Part shown: positions 27,227-27,828 of the stretch, one piece after another
How the letters are laid out: each line of letters starts with the position of its first letter
Numbering within the stretch: position 1 is the first letter of the stretch
Notes under the pieces: generated by a model
The model's database searches: none
Told to the model about the DNA's origin: nothing
The model's input: the letters and a program-made list of their open reading frames with translations, nothing else
From: a virus
Taxonomy: Duplodnaviria > Caudoviricetes
IMG/VR virus record: IMGVR_UViG_3300004457_000077
Location: 1-27,828 of that record
Reading direction: 5' to 3' (one strand)
DNA: 27,828 nt
Made by a program: the position numbers and the translations under genes

Positions 27227-27828
27227 ATGATTCGCTCAACACTTCTAGCACTCCTGACTACGTTCTCACTCACTAGCGCACCACTTGCGCTTGCTGATGA
27301 TAGTAAGATCACTCAGGGTTATAACACGATGGATTCTCTTGGTTGTATGCTCTTAGGTGAGTGTACTGATGGTGTCGAGAAAGTATACTCGATGCTTGAT
27401 ATCTCATCACAATATCCTAACACGGAAGAATTCACTGGTGTCACTGGTGAGTTTCATAATATGCTTGTGTCACTCAATCTCGTTGGTGTAAATGTATTCC
27501 TTGCTGATGAGAAGTATTTCCCAGCAGGTCATCGTGGTGTCTATCACACAGTTAGTAATAACTTCTTCCTGAATAAGGATTACATGGGTACACCTGCTAC
27601 ATTAATGATGGTGATGAGACATGAAGGATGGCATGCAGCACAGGATTGTATGGCAGGCACTATCAACAACTCACTCATTGCTATTATTATGCCAGAGGAT
27701 GAAGTTCCTATGATCTGGCGTGTATTAGCAGAGCGTACATATCCTAAGTCAGCATTACCTTGGGAAGCAGAAGCAGGTTGGGCAGGAAGAACTGAACACA
27801 TGACAATGAATGCCTTAGCTGCATGTGC
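27227..27828 (+). CDS. Signal-peptide-bearing HExxH zinc metallopeptidase-like protein, 3'-truncated (not in ORF track)
   Basis: Open frame from ATG 27227 to the window end: MIRSTLLALLTTFSLTSAPLALA-DD (Sec-type signal, ALA cleavage site), GVYHT, MRHEGWHAAQDC, and downstream WEAEA. Confidence 0.8.
   Translation, partial: MIRSTLLALLTTFSLTSAPLALADDSKITQGYNTMDSLGCMLLGECTDGVEKVYSMLDISSQYPNTEEFTGVTGEFHNMLVSLNLVGVNVFLADEKYFPAGHRGVYHTVSNNFFLNKDYMGTPATLMMVMRHEGWHAAQDCMAGTINNSLIAIIMPEDEVPMIWRVLAERTYPKSALPWEAEAGWAGRTEHMTMNALAAC

Noticed and set aside
27580-27801. 73-aa minus-strand ORF
   Set aside because: Antisense shadow of the HExxH gene starting at 27227.

Overview
This window looks like part of a T4-like marine cyanomyovirus genome (Synechococcus/Prochlorococcus phage type). 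This is inferred from gene content and style; no database search was run. All credible genes are on the + strand. Bases 1-22696 form a tightly packed late/structural block. It holds a 5'-truncated giant virion protein (at least 2585 aa) and three tail-collar-domain fibre proteins. It also holds three paralogous Ig-like-stalk proteins with different N-terminal heads (vWA-like, glycine-rich, PA14-like) and a near-identical C-terminal module. These are followed by three 2OG-Fe(II) oxygenases interleaved with a tail-assembly-chaperone-like gene, and two orphan genes. From about 22700 on are early-type genes behind sigma70-like promoters, two of which are fused to terminator hairpins. These genes are an SF2 helicase, several small hypotheticals, an Hpy188I-like GIY-YIG nuclease translationally coupled to a Dam-family methyltransferase, and a 3'-truncated secreted HExxH metallopeptidase-like gene. 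The best leads are the modular, possibly branched receptor-binding fibre system with its co-transcribed hydroxylases, and the promoter-fronted restriction-modification-like pair. I saw no tRNA, rRNA, CRISPR array or transposase.
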